A stretch of DNA of 62,168 nucleotides, counting the filler, from Basidiobolus ranarum (Eukaryota): NCBI GenBank assembly GCA_040143965.1. It is 13 parts of 13 records of this genome, joined end to end, with 100 filler letters (N's around TTAATTAATTAA, not from the genome) between each part and the next. Parts side by side here need not be neighbours in the genome. Positions count along the whole stretch, not along the records: positions 47,946 to 52,621 come from JASJQH010001867.1; positions 52,722 to 57,395 come from JASJQH010001868.1; positions 57,496 to 62,168 come from JASJQH010001869.1; 10 more parts are not named here. One strand, written 5' to 3'. A program made the position numbers and the translations under genes. Position 1 is the stretch's first letter. Every line of letters starts with the position of its first letter. Below, in pieces: positions 50,757 to 62,168 of the stretch. A model generated the notes under the pieces. That model was not told the origin of the DNA. It saw only the letters and a list, made by a program, of their open reading frames with translations, and ran no database searches.

Positions 50757-51900
50757 CCCTAACAAAAATAAAATCAATTTGATCTGGATCGGATCCACCC
50801 TCCAAAATAGCAAAACCATCAGAGAACCATCACAATATTGCTGGCTTGCATTCTGCCAGGGATTTTAATGGTGTGACAGCGGTTTCTTGATGGTATCTTA
50901 ATGGTATTCATACATGTTAAAATATTGATCCTCAAATTTGGCATGCATTATTCAATAACCAGCAATTTTTGCAAAAATATAATTTTTGAATGGCAAATTA
51001 CTGGGTTTACTGCTGTAGGAATTTGAATTAATATGCATGCCTTTATTTAGATATTTTAGGCTTTGTATTCCAGCCATAATGAGAATCAAAAAATACAAGA
51101 ATCTTGTTGTGTTTAGTTTCTACACATGCACATATTTGACTGCTTAGACAAAATTCAACAACATCAATATGCTTTACCAGCAAATTAACAGTGGAAAAAT
51201 TGCTAAACATCTGAAATTTTGAATAGCACTGACACTTGGCAAATGGCTGACTCTTGTTACTGTTCAAAATGAGAACAAGCTCTTGGATTTTGGCAAATTT
51301 CCATAAAGAACTCAGCCAATATATCCCCTACTTGCAGTTAACAAATGTCCTGCCACAAGTAGATGTATTATTGCTTGAATAGATTATCCCATGGCTAAAA
51401 CAACACTACTGCATATCTTGAGCTATCTCACCAAGAAGTCTGTCTTGCAGCTTTACTAAAAATGCCATCAGATTATCACACAAGCAAATTAGTCCAATTA
51501 TAGAGGTACATACTCTGTGTCCACGGATTGGGCTTTGTTGCGGCTATTATGCTCAAACAATGCAAAAACCCATGAGCACATTGAAAAGAGCCCTTTGTTG
51601 GCAGATTAATATACTCTGGAGTCTCCTTAACCCATTTCATTACATCCATCACTGATTTTGCTGATACAATGTTAATCAGATTAGCATACAGTAGTACTGA
51701 CAATTTCACACAGAGAATCATTTCTACACAGGTGTGCTCCATTGAGAACTCCCAGAAAGTATAGCAAGGGCCTATAATCTCTAAGCATTGTGAAATATGC
51801 AGCAGGGAATGTATTGAATACCAGCATATATTCAGTCTATCTTCTTTAAACCTGTAATATAGTTTTATATGTCCAATTACAAAATCATTGCACAGTCACT
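50757..51900 (-). mobile_element. CACTA/CMC (En/Spm Tnp2-like) transposon, 3' part with terminus, copy 2
   Basis: Minus strand reads LYYRFKEDRLNICWYSIHSLLHISQCLEIIGPCYTFWEFSMEH..YANL, the H..LH...GP...W.F.ME motif of fungal CACTA transposases. Terminus CCCTAACAAAAA with CCATCA subterminal repeats. Confidence 0.8.
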
Positions 51901-51909
51901 GTATCTGCC

Positions 51910-52621
51910 TGACAACTTCTAGCATTGTACTAGGCATTTCAGTAGGCAAAATTTTGATTGAATGGTCCACAGGAATGCTATTTTCTTCATTGTTTTAGTT
52001 TGAATCAATTTGATTGATTGGATCAGGAGAAAATAGATTTTTTTCATCATCTTAGATCATTTGAGGTGAAAATGTTTCATTTTCTTTACACAAAACATCC
52101 CTGGACTTGATTAACTTAGAAATTTAGGTATCATAAAGTCTGTAGGCCTTAGTTAGAGTTCCATAACCCAGAAATATGAAATTCTTATTTTTTTGGATCC
52201 AATTTAAACCAATTTTTGGTCATATTTTTGACATAAACAATGCATCCAAAGATCCTCAAATGTTTTACAGCAGGTTTAAATCCAAACAAAGCTTGATAGG
52301 TGTATATTTAGACACACTTCTGGTAAAACTCCTATTCTTCAGATATACAGCTGTAGCAACAGATTCCCCCCATAAGTTATGAGATAAATATTGTGCATTT
52401 ATCATAGATCTTGCCATTTCTATCATAGTCCTGTTAGCTCTGTCAGCAACTCCATGTTGTTGAGGCAAATAGGGGGCAGTAGTTTCTTGCTCAATTCCAT
52501 GAACTTGGCCAAAGTGCTTAAATAGTGTTGAAGTATATTCTCCACCATTATCAGTATATATTTTCTTGATTTTAGTTCCAGTTTCAGTCTCCACAAGTGT
52601 TTTAAAATCTCTAAAGATAGA
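51910..52621 (-). mobile_element. Copia integrase fragment, same family as 43721-47427
   Basis: Reads YTDNGGEY, PQQHGVADRANRTMIEMARSM and LRIFGC; closely matches 44700-45400. Confidence 0.92.
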
Positions 52622-52721
52622 NNNNNNNNNNNNNNNNNNNNNNNNNNNNNNNNNNNNNNNNNNNNTTAATTAATTAANNNNNNNNNNNNNNNNNNNNNNN
52701 NNNNNNNNNNNNNNNNNNNNN
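52622..52721. other. Artificial contig spacer
   Basis: N44-TTAATTAATTAA-N44. Confidence 0.99.
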
Positions 52722-52825
52722 CCCGTACAGTACTTGCTTGGGCTTGGCTTTGGAGCATTGTATGCTGGTAACGCATTAGTAGCCGAGATTATAGCCCAAA
52801 AGGTAACTGCGATGTTATATCTCAT
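52722..52825 (-). CDS. N-terminus of a probable secreted protein, cut by the contig edge
   Basis: MRYNIAVTFWAIISATNA|LPAYNAPKPSPSKYCT looks like a signal peptide; only about 34 codons are visible. Confidence 0.45.
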
Positions 52826-53743
52826 GTTATTCAGATAGGTGGAGGAAGTACAGAAGAATATACTATTGAACTGTCCGAGAGAGAAGGTTTCATAGCAATA
52901 ACTATTCAGAAGTTTCATCTTTACATCTATGAATAACTAAATCTCAGTAATTTTTTTAAATTGTCAAAGCTTGACTAATTAATAGCTCGCTAGTGCATCG
53001 CTTTCGTTACTCCTATATTACTAGCCCTGTTGGAAGGGAATTTTAATGATGGTTTAATAAATCTATGAAACCTTTGTTGAATGCTTGTAGGAGAGCACAG
53101 GGATTTATATTTCAAATATAACAAATTCACCTCTCACAATTCCTCGTAACAGCTAATGAGCCCCTTGTACAGCACTAAGCAATCAATTGGATTGGAGCAA
53201 ATTAGGAACCGACAACTTTGATTCAACCACTAGTATAAGGTGGACTGAAACGACTCTGCTAAGTGTTCGTACAATAGAGGAATGATCAATGTAATGGTTG
53301 ATTATCTCATGTTGTTTGAAAATCATTACACTTGGGAATCTAATCTCAAGGATATATATTATATGGAAGTACATAATCGTGATAAAATGCAACAATAGTG
53401 TAGGTTTCTTTACTGGGCAACTTGAATATGACGATTGAATATTTGCTGCCCGAGGTTGAAATGACTACGATCATATTTTCTGCCTGACTGGCACCCCGAT
53501 AGTGGAGGGGTTCAGTGGAGATTACCTGCGACGGTAAATGTAAATGGTTTATGATTGGAATAGCATCACAAGGGACGCAGTTTTTGTTATAAATGAGAGA
53601 TACCAAGTACTATAAATATGTTCATTGGAATTATATGAAATCAGATTTGTTGATGCCAGCAAATTTTATTAACTAGCGTTGATATATCGCATGAACTGCT
53701 GTATGCTATGATGAAATGTACACTTCTATGAAATTAAGATAAT

Positions 53744-54796
53744 CTAATGGTTGCGCATGTCAAGAACAATACGACCGGCAATCTTACCAGCATGCATATC
53801 TTCATACACTTGAGGAATGGTTTCCATATCTTGAACCTTGTAGTGACACTTGACCTTACCTCGAGCAGCAAAGTCAAGAGCCTCAGCAAGATCTTGACGG
53901 TTACCAACAATGGAACCCCGGATGGTCAAACGTTGGAGAACAAGATCGAAGACAGAGAAGGTGCCCTTAGCACCAGCTGGAAGGGCAATGCAAGCAACAG
54001 TACCCCAACGACGAGTATAGTCAACAGCTTGTTGGAAAGGTCTCTCGGCAGGAGACAAGAGGAGGACACCGTGGGATCCGCCATCAGTAACCTTCTTGAC
54101 AGTAGCAACCACATCATCCTTCATGAAGTCAACAAAGTAGTCAGCTCCGAGTTCTTCGACACACATTTTTCTCTTGTCATCGCCAGTATCAACAGCAACA
54201 ACATTCATACCCATAGCCTTAGCATATTGAATGGCCAAGTGACCGAGACCTCCACCAGCACCAACGATGGTGATGAATTGACCTGAACGGACCTCAGTTT
54301 CCTTGAGACCCTTGTAGACAGTGACACCAGCACAAAGGATAGGAGCAGCCTCAATAAGAGGAAGATTATCGGGAATACGAGCAACGTGAGAGGCACGAGC
54401 AACACAGTATTCTTGGAAAGTTCCATCAACACTGTAGCCAGACATATGTTGGTTAGGGCAGACAGTTTCGCGACCTTGGATGCAGTATTCGCATGTCATG
54501 CAAGCTGAGTGAAGCCAGACAACACCGACAGCATCGCCAATCCTAAGATCCCTGACGTTGCTACCAAGAGCAACAACTCTACCGGCACCTTCGTGACCAC
54601 CAACCAAAGGAAGCTTAGTGGGAATAGGCCAATCACCTTCAGCGGCGTGGAGATCAGTGTGGCAAACACCGGTGTATTCAATCTTTACAAGAACATCATC
54701 GGGACCTGGAGTTGGGACAGAGATAGTCTTAATCTCAACTGGTTTCTCGTGAGATTCAATTACAGCAGCCTTTTGCGTCTTAGGGATTTGGCACAT
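53744..54796 (-). CDS. adh1: Zinc-dependent alcohol dehydrogenase (fungal ADH1 type)
   Basis: Intact 350-aa ORF: GVCHTD, GGHEGAG, CMTCEYC..C, APILCAGVTVYK, GAGGGLG, GSIVG. Strong codon bias. Confidence 0.97.
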   Translation of the reverse strand: MCQIPKTQKAAVIESHEKPVEIKTISVPTPGPDDVLVKIEYTGVCHTDLHAAEGDWPIPTKLPLVGGHEGAGRVVALGSNVRDLRIGDAVGVVWLHSACMTCEYCIQGRETVCPNQHMSGYSVDGTFQEYCVARASHVARIPDNLPLIEAAPILCAGVTVYKGLKETEVRSGQFITIVGAGGGLGHLAIQYAKAMGMNVVAVDTGDDKRKMCVEELGADYFVDFMKDDVVATVKKVTDGGSHGVLLLSPAERPFQQAVDYTRRWGTVACIALPAGAKGTFSVFDLVLQRLTIRGSIVGNRQDLAEALDFAARGKVKCHYKVQDMETIPQVYEDMHAGKIAGRIVLDMRNH

Positions 54797-56548
54797 ATTG
54801 TAGATGTTTTAATGAAATATTCTACCACAAGGCTGTATTCTATATACTTTTGAATTACAATCAGCGACTCATTTTTTCCAACCTTTTCAAGTCTCGATCT
54901 GGTAAAATAAATATCCTTACCAAGTAGTGACTTAAAGGTTAAATCTAGTTTTCAAATTCCATTCAATTAAACCCAGCTTGGCAATTGCTAAAATTGCCAA
55001 GTACAGTGTCATCAATCAACCACATCACGTGCTTACATTTGTAATCCGATCAAATGCGACAAGGTGAAGAAACACTAAGAACCAGGTTTTCAATCTCAAT
55101 GCTGCAACTATTACCGAGCGGATTGGGCCTGGCACTGGTACAGAGGCTAGAATGTAATATATAAATATCTTTGCCAATAAATCGACAAATTTTACCATCA
55201 ACACATTTGAAATAACTACGTATTTGTCTCAAAATCACATTCTCAATCTGATGATTCTGCAAACTAAAATTTAATAGAACTCCATTATGTATGAAAAAGG
55301 TAGACACGTTTTAAAATCTCTCACAGTATAGTTTCTATTATTCAATAATTGCATAAAAGGATCTTAAGCAAGAACTTGAATATATCTAACCATAAATAGA
55401 GTTGAATTTAGTGGTATAGAGACCGACATTCATATCTGGTACACTAGGACTCTTAAAGAGACTATTATCATACATAGGCAAAAGAGCTTAATGACAACTT
55501 TAAAAGCAATATAGGAGAAAAGTGCCCAGTATCGTGCGATCATGCATGTCTTGGCATCTGTGTATTCATTGCTTTAGTTGGATCAAACGAGCTTCAGAAG
55601 TAGATATGCAGTATATCTAAAGTAAAGGCGAAAAAGTATGTTTCCGAACAGTAGTGCAAAAGATTATATCGTAAGCAAGTCTGTTGTATTTATTTTCATA
55701 CATATATCTGTAACTGACCAGCTTGTTCAGTAAGCGTATTGATCTATTTAAATATCGAACTAAATACGATTGTAAAAAACTGTTGCTAAACGATTACGAA
55801 CTGATACTAGTATCTACAAAGTTAAATATTCGCAAGTTTGAGAGCAAAAAAAGGAAATAGCTGGAAATTAGTGCACTAACCAATAAGATGCAAACAAACA
55901 TCGAAAGTAAGTGATATCACTAATATAGTACTTTACTTTCCTACTTTTAGATTCTAATGCTCATAACATCATAAATCCATCTACCCCTCAAATATCAATG
56001 ATCGAGAATTGTCGTTGTTGGAAAATTTATTAAAACAAAATATACTGGGTTCACTTTCGCGTAAAACTCATGTAAATTATTTTTAGCAAATCTATGCTCG
56101 TGGTCTACTTGTATTCCCATTATAGTAACCGTTATTGGATAAAATACAGGAAACAATTTACAAGTGGATCGTATGAGTGATAATACAAGGTCCAGTAAAT
56201 ATTGTTTACTTGGTTCCCGAAAATATAAGGCCATTGTTATAGTTCCCAATAAATCTCTTATAGAGTGAAAGCGATTGACCATATCTGGATATAGCAACAC
56301 CTTGTACACATGGATTTTTGAAGCTAAATACGGTGATTTTCTTTCCAGAATTGCTATATTTTGATGGCTTAATGATTCCAGACTACGGGGAAATTCGGAG
56401 ATAGTATCGACGATTTTATTAAGCAAAATATTGATTACATTTTATGCAAATGGTAACTATTTCCAATTTTAAGGCCAGCTATTTGTATATAAAGGTCACC
56501 TAGGTACTATCTCGGTTCAGTAGTTACAATCAAATATTCACCTCAACC
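54797..56548. promoter_or_regulatory. Shared divergent upstream region of ADH and PDC
   Basis: TATA-like elements near 54840 (minus) and 56487 (plus), a perfect 10-bp inverted repeat at 54977-55001 and TCACGTG at 55025-55031. Confidence 0.55.
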
Positions 56549-57395
56549 ATGTCCTCTAATACTAAAACCATGACTGTCAGTCAATACTTGATCCTTCGTT
56601 TGAAGGAGATCGGTATTGATGACATGTTCTCTGTTCCTGGTGATTTCAACTTGGTCTTCTTGGATCGTGTGCAAGATTCCGGCCTCATCAACCTCATTGG
56701 TGATTGTAACGAATTGAATGCTTCTTATGCTGCCGATGGATATGCTAGAGTCAAGGGTGTCGGTGTAAGTATTGAGACATTTATAGCCATGCTTTGGATT
56801 TGTTTACTAATCTTGTTTCTTTAATGAATAGTGCATCATCACTACCTTCGGTGTTGGTGAACTCAGTGCCGTTAACGGTATTGCCGGTTCTTACTCTGAG
56901 ATGGTTCCCGTTGTCAAGATCACTGGTACTCCTAACACCAAATCTCAAGCTTCCGGAGCTCTCCTCCATCACACTCTTGGTAACGGAGATTTCCGTGCTT
57001 TCCAAAAGATGTTCAGCCACATCACTGTCACCAACACTACCTTGTTGGCTCACAATGCTGCTTCCGAGATCGATAGAGTTTTGACTGAGTGTGTCCTTAA
57101 GGTCCGCCCTGTCTATATCTCTCTCCCTACTGATATTGTCGATGTTGAGATCACCGTTGACATGAAGCCTTTGAACCTCGCACCTCCTGCTAACCCTGAA
57201 AAGACTGAGGCTGCTTGCATTCGTGAGATCGTCAAGGCTGTTGAGGCTGCTAAGAAGCCAGTCATCGTTGCTGATGCTTGTGCCATTCGTCACCACTGCG
57301 AGAAGGAGCTTCTTGAGTTGATCGAGAAGACTGGCTTGCCTTACTTCACTACCCCTATGGGTAAGGGAGCTGTCAGTGAAAGCCACCCTCAATTC
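56549..57395 (+). CDS. pdc1: Pyruvate decarboxylase (ThDP-dependent), 3'-truncated, intron 56765-56831
   Basis: Reads FSVPGDFNL, CNELNASYAADGYAR|TTFGVGELSAVNGIAGSYSE, LLHHTLGNGDF, RPVYISLP and TTPMGKGAVSESHPQF. Confidence 0.96.
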
Positions 57396-57495
57396 NNNNN
57401 NNNNNNNNNNNNNNNNNNNNNNNNNNNNNNNNNNNNNNNTTAATTAATTAANNNNNNNNNNNNNNNNNNNNNNNNNNNNNNNNNNNNNNNNNNNN
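57396..57495. other. Artificial contig spacer
   Basis: N44-TTAATTAATTAA-N44. Confidence 0.99.
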
Positions 57496-57642
57496 AATAG
57501 AAGAGAATTCCATCTGGTTTTACCTCTATTATTTTTAGTTTTCTTTATGGGTATCCTACCTAATTTCTTCTTAGAACCAATTCATCTTCCGGTTTCTTTC
57601 CTTATAGTGAACCTGGCAGCTGATATTATTGATGTTATTTGA
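57496..57642 (+). pseudogene. nad4: Mitochondrial nad4 C-terminal fragment (probable NUMT)
   Basis: NRREFHLVLPLLFLVFFMGILPNFFLEPIHLPVSFLI matches the Nad4 C-terminal pattern (RRE..LP.....G..P...L..H..VS). The rest of the contig looks nuclear and ends in an LTR. Confidence 0.8.
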
Positions 57643-60600
57643 ACTAAAATAGAAGTCACGTTTTGATCCATCGGTTACAAGCAAAGCCTGATTTGATAGG
57701 TGATATTAGACTCCATTTCCATTCCTTCTCGTGATAGGGCGAAGATCTTGGGCTGTTAGAAATAGAGCTTAGAATACAACAATTAAGTATGAAGTGTCCC
57801 CAATAATAACCCCTCTACTCTACAGGCAGCGTAATCACAATATTTGGCCAAAAAATACATTGCAACTACGGTATCGCATCTTGTTGCTGCTGCTGCTGCA
57901 TTACAGCAAATCACCAATCCATTGGCTCATACCACATATGTGATGGGGTAAATTGAAGTGTGGCACCACGTATCGGAGACCTGCATGGTTAGATGCAACA
58001 AGTGCTCTGAAATTGTTTGCATGGAGATTGCTACCCTCTCCACCCGCACAATGGCCAAATAATAGAAACACAGTGGGAAGGCTGTTTCCAGAGCGTACGC
58101 CAAATCCATATGTAAATCCTGATGTTAAACCATCTTCTTTTCGGGCCGCTCTGATCCTGTGATACTAGGTAACGTAGCCCTACTATTTCAAGGTATTTGA
58201 CTCGCAATTGCTAATTAGGATACTATTGGAGGGTTGACTCATTCAAATAGATTTAGACCCTATTGCTGGATTGAATGAACAAGGGTGAAACCCAATGTCC
58301 GCCATCCTATTGTCTTAGCCAATCAAGTCTGTATCTCTCTGATTTGGGAAACTAGTTTTGGTCATATGGAGTATTCGACTAATCCATATAAGCTTGCGGC
58401 AATGAAGCAAGAAGCTTCAAGAGTTACGAGTGAACATAGTGTGGACATGATATGTATTGGCATCAGAAAGGATTGATAATTGTTAACGGATTGCCCTTTA
58501 ATTAGTCTATTGGAGCATTAGATCCCATGCTGCACTGCAATCCAAGACTGACTCGACAAATGAAGAGTGGCTTAGTGTGCCTACCCTGGTCAAACAATGT
58601 GTCTAAAATTAATCAAAAACAATCAGTACATTGGTGGATTCGTGTCACAAGTGAGAACTTCATATGAATTCCATGTGTAGCTAATTGTGATTTACATCGC
58701 TATCGGAAGTCCCTCTGAAGAAATTCAAGGTATATGCAAATGCTGCAAGTAAGGTGACAATGGGTGAAAGTTATCTGAGAGCGTTGCATACTTTTGTCAC
58801 ATTGTTACTGACTCATCTGGTGTTGCATTCAATGAGTGTTAATGGCCAATATAGGTCCAAGCGCGATTGACGTATTCACAACCTATCATTGAGCATATAG
58901 CCCTTTGTGTCATGTACTGACCCTATTTATTACACCCCGAGAGCCATTGGTAGATATCCACCATTGCTGCAGGTTACATGAAGTAATTGACATCAAGCAA
59001 TAAGTATTATTTCAGAAAGATTATTGTCGATACCTGCAGTAGAGCTGAGGGCTAACAAAGTGTCGCTCAGTCTACCATTGATTGTCTGCGGTTTAATAGC
59101 AAACGAGGCAATCCAGTATACCAGTCAGGTTGCTTTCTCCCCTCATCCAGTAAATAAAGCCGGATATCCTTCCGCAAATTTGGTAAGTTTCGATTGATGG
59201 ATTCTAGACTGAATCTAGATCTGATGACCTGATGATCAGCCTTGGCCATTATGTCATCTAGTTCGACTCTTAATTGATTTTATTCTATATCTGTGTCATC
59301 CAATATTTTATAATTCATGCCAACTTGATACAGACTAGTCACGAGTATATATCTACTAGACTTTGGTAGAAACTTCGATGAAGTGTGATTTGTAATGAGT
59401 TACTAATTTTTTGAGATCAACTGAACATTCAATCCAATTCATGTTGAAGTGTAAGCGAAGATATCAAATAAATGTCAAGTATGCTCGGCTGAAAATGAAT
59501 ATTCAACTAGAATACAATTTTTACTTGCCCAGAAGATGAACTGGAATTCAAGTGTATAAACTCAACCTCACATAACTTATCTTAATTAACGACTTTCTTC
59601 ACTCTTACATACTTCGTATCCTTCTCAAGCCTCCAAAACCCTTCGAAAGCATCTAAGAGTATGGAGTGTATATACCTCTATATTTATAAGGTAAGTCCGA
59701 TTAGTACTGTTCAAGTGTGAACTCTTGGTACATGTGCTTGATAACCTAATCCTAATAGCTACACTTTTCTAGGATTTCTGATTATCTATTAGAAACGATC
59801 CATATTTTCTTCATCAGCATCCTTGGTCATGTGACTAATTCGGGATGAGTGCTTGTATTAAACGGAGACGCATGTTAGTCATCAAAAGTTGCCGCATGAT
59901 GAGCGTTCCCAAATGCTGAGTCTTCCTTGACCCTGGATATCATGTAAGCATGAAGATATAGCTCAATATCAGAAAGTTCCCACCTTGAGTGAGGCAACGT
60001 GATCGAAAACTTGTATAATAAACTCTTGACTAAGCCGTTCATGACAGTAGAGTTTGGACTCGATATATAGCCATTGGAGTTTTCTAATGATATTAAGGCT
60101 AGTGTAAAGAGTCTTTACCAACTCATGACTGTGGTGCTAGAGAGTATCTTTTAGTGAAGGAAAATTCATTCTATACTATTCAAAGGAGGTGCAATGAATA
60201 AATATTTATAATAGGGAAACGATAAGCACGATAAACTTGAGTGTTCACGTTCGGATACTTGATGAAATCAGGTTTAGTCACTGATATTTCTTTGATTTAG
60301 AATCAATAAAAGTTTAGTGTTTTTGTCAGGTGAATCTGAAATCGAATCGGGAGATGCTTTTAGGAGGGGAAGATCTTGCTACCTTATATGTACGTGGGTT
60401 TTTGATGTCTGAGCCTAATTTTGGGGCGTAGTATCCAGATCAGTCGCTTCGAACAGATCGTGGGTCAAATGGTTCTATTGGCTGTACGACATGGATCTTC
60501 CCTGAGAGTTCAGTACTAGACCGTGCTTATGATCAATAACTCTAGTTACATTCTTATTGAAGATACGAGACTGTATATATGACCAGATATGATTAACTAT

Positions 60601-61986
60601 GGCAATATCAGTAAATAGGCCCGACCAGTACATAGAGCAGTTCGTTCCAACCAAGGAACCTAAGCTAGAAGAAGCCTGAACTGTAAAGACGTAGGTGACT
60701 GCAGTGAAAAGTAGAGATAGAAAACAGTAGATTAAATACAATTAAAGGGCGTATTGATGTCAGGGTTAGGGTTGTGTGTCAATGAAGTCCAATAGTATTT
60801 TTGGAAATTCCAATCCTCGAGTTTCAAGGGTGATGTAACAATTTTCAGCCTTTCCCCTGCATAATCATATAGTTCATTTCTCTACATGACTAGTTAAAAC
60901 ATTGGTGTAGTATGGGCTCTGACTTCATTGGATGTTAGGCTTAGAGGTTACTTGTATATCCAGATGATGTAACAGTGTTAAAATAACGTTTCAACTGCAA
61001 CCTCAAGCCATTCAGGCTTAGTGGGAATGTTAAAACAATGATGTTGGGGATTTTCCACAAACAACGATGCTTCATTCATTATCTTTACTAAAAGGCTGAG
61101 GTAAGATTAGGAAAAGGCGAGTTTCCTTTACTGGAGTGATACGCAAAGAGGATAACATAACCATGTTAAGTAAACTACGTAATGAGTTTACAGTGATTCA
61201 ATTACGGCAAAATCTATATTCGGATTAGTACGATCAAGTTCATTTGGCCTGTGTTAATTAGTGGCGCCATAAATTTATCCTTGCCTAGGATGATGGATGA
61301 GGTGCTAGCTCTTAAGCCTTGAGAGAAGATCGATTGGGATATTCCAAGCCCATCTTGTATTCAGCGCTTCTAAAATAATGGATTCAAAAAAATGACCTTC
61401 TATGACTTCATAGAGTGCTTTACTCGACCAGACTATATATTGATTCTATATTGAAATACATCATCTAATGTACTAAAGAAAGCAGAAATAAGCCTGCGGA
61501 TGAATGAACAAAAGTGCCTTTTCCGCATGCTTCAGAGCATCACGTAATCAATTTTAGCCAAATATTGAACTCGGTATTATCCATCTTATCCACTCTTCTT
61601 GATCTTAATAAAATTCCGTAAAACCCTCATTGGTAACTTTACATATACAAATTGCCCATTAGTGGAGAACTTTCAGGGTTTGAGATTTAATTGAGCCTCT
61701 ACAAGTGCCCAATGTGAAATAGATATCCTGGATTAACAGTTATCAGTTTATGTATACCAAAAGTTGACTATTATAAACTAGGAGCTTTTCCATTTGGATT
61801 CATTGTGTCCATAACGATGGTCTATCACCATAAGTGGCCTCTTTTTATGAAACCAGAATCAGTGAGGTGAGTAGAAAACAAAATTGTAAAGGAGAATACA
61901 TTGGTTGGTGCATCAGAACTCATGGTATATTAGAAAGCCTGTACATATCCCTAAGTGAATTTTGAGTATGAATACCAGGTTTACAT

Positions 61987-62168
61987 CGTTGAAATTAGCA
62001 ATACCCAAGCACCTATATAGTCATATATAGCTTAGTATTTAGTTATTCCGTATTGAACTAAGAAATCACCCACTATTCTCAAGAGGAATTTACTTATAAG
62101 TTCTCAGATATATAGATTTTTCAAACTTGTGCTAGAAGCCCCAAACTTTACACACGTGTTCCTGGGAC
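61987..62168 (+). repeat. LTR family A, cut by the window end
   Basis: Begins (C)GTTGAAATTAGCAATACCCAAGCACC; aligns with 35695-35877. Confidence 0.88.

Noticed and set aside
53747..54853. Plus-strand ORFs of 179 and 114 aa over ADH
   Set aside because: Antisense shadows caused by codon bias; the same applies to 56781-57392 over PDC.
55995..56426. 143-aa ORF between ADH and PDC
   Set aside because: TTG start, AT-rich, no motif or codon bias; probably a chance ORF in the promoter region, though not excluded.
4707..57495. Regularly spaced TTAATTAATTAA repeats as a CRISPR-like or biological array
   Set aside because: Always embedded in N44 runs; a synthetic all-frame-stop linker.
57850..60741. 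Short ORFs (57953-58162, 59067-59249, 60475-60741)
   Set aside because: No convincing homology; possibly pseudogene debris.

Overview
This window is not one locus. It is 13 unrelated contigs of about 4.7 kb, sorted by decreasing length (4706 to 4673 bp) and joined by an artificial N44-TTAATTAATTAA-N44 spacer. The DNA is eukaryotic and AT-rich with short GT-AG introns, and looks fungal. The gene styles suggest an early-diverging fungus, but that is inference. Host genes: an 8-exon MEF2/Rlm1-type MADS-box factor, a 4-exon TilS-type tRNA(Ile)-lysidine synthase, an Ssh4/Ear1-type SPRY protein (partial), a TIP30/HTATIP2-like Rossmann protein, a divergent zinc ADH + pyruvate decarboxylase pair, a CFEM-like 8-Cys secreted/GPI protein, two paralogous PY-motif single-pass membrane proteins, and a partial ORF resembling GT-D-fold proteins. 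Much of the rest is decayed transposon DNA: nested Ty1/copia relics, three recurring LTR families (solo LTRs with TSDs, and one LTR with a possible self-priming PBS), two copies of a CACTA/CMC transposon end, and a nad4 fragment (probable NUMT). Best leads: the ADH-PDC head-to-head fermentation pair, a 72-bp hairpin module sitting at retroelement junctions on two contigs, and the putative self-priming LTR with a CpG-decayed E-box array. No rRNA, tRNA or CRISPR array was seen.
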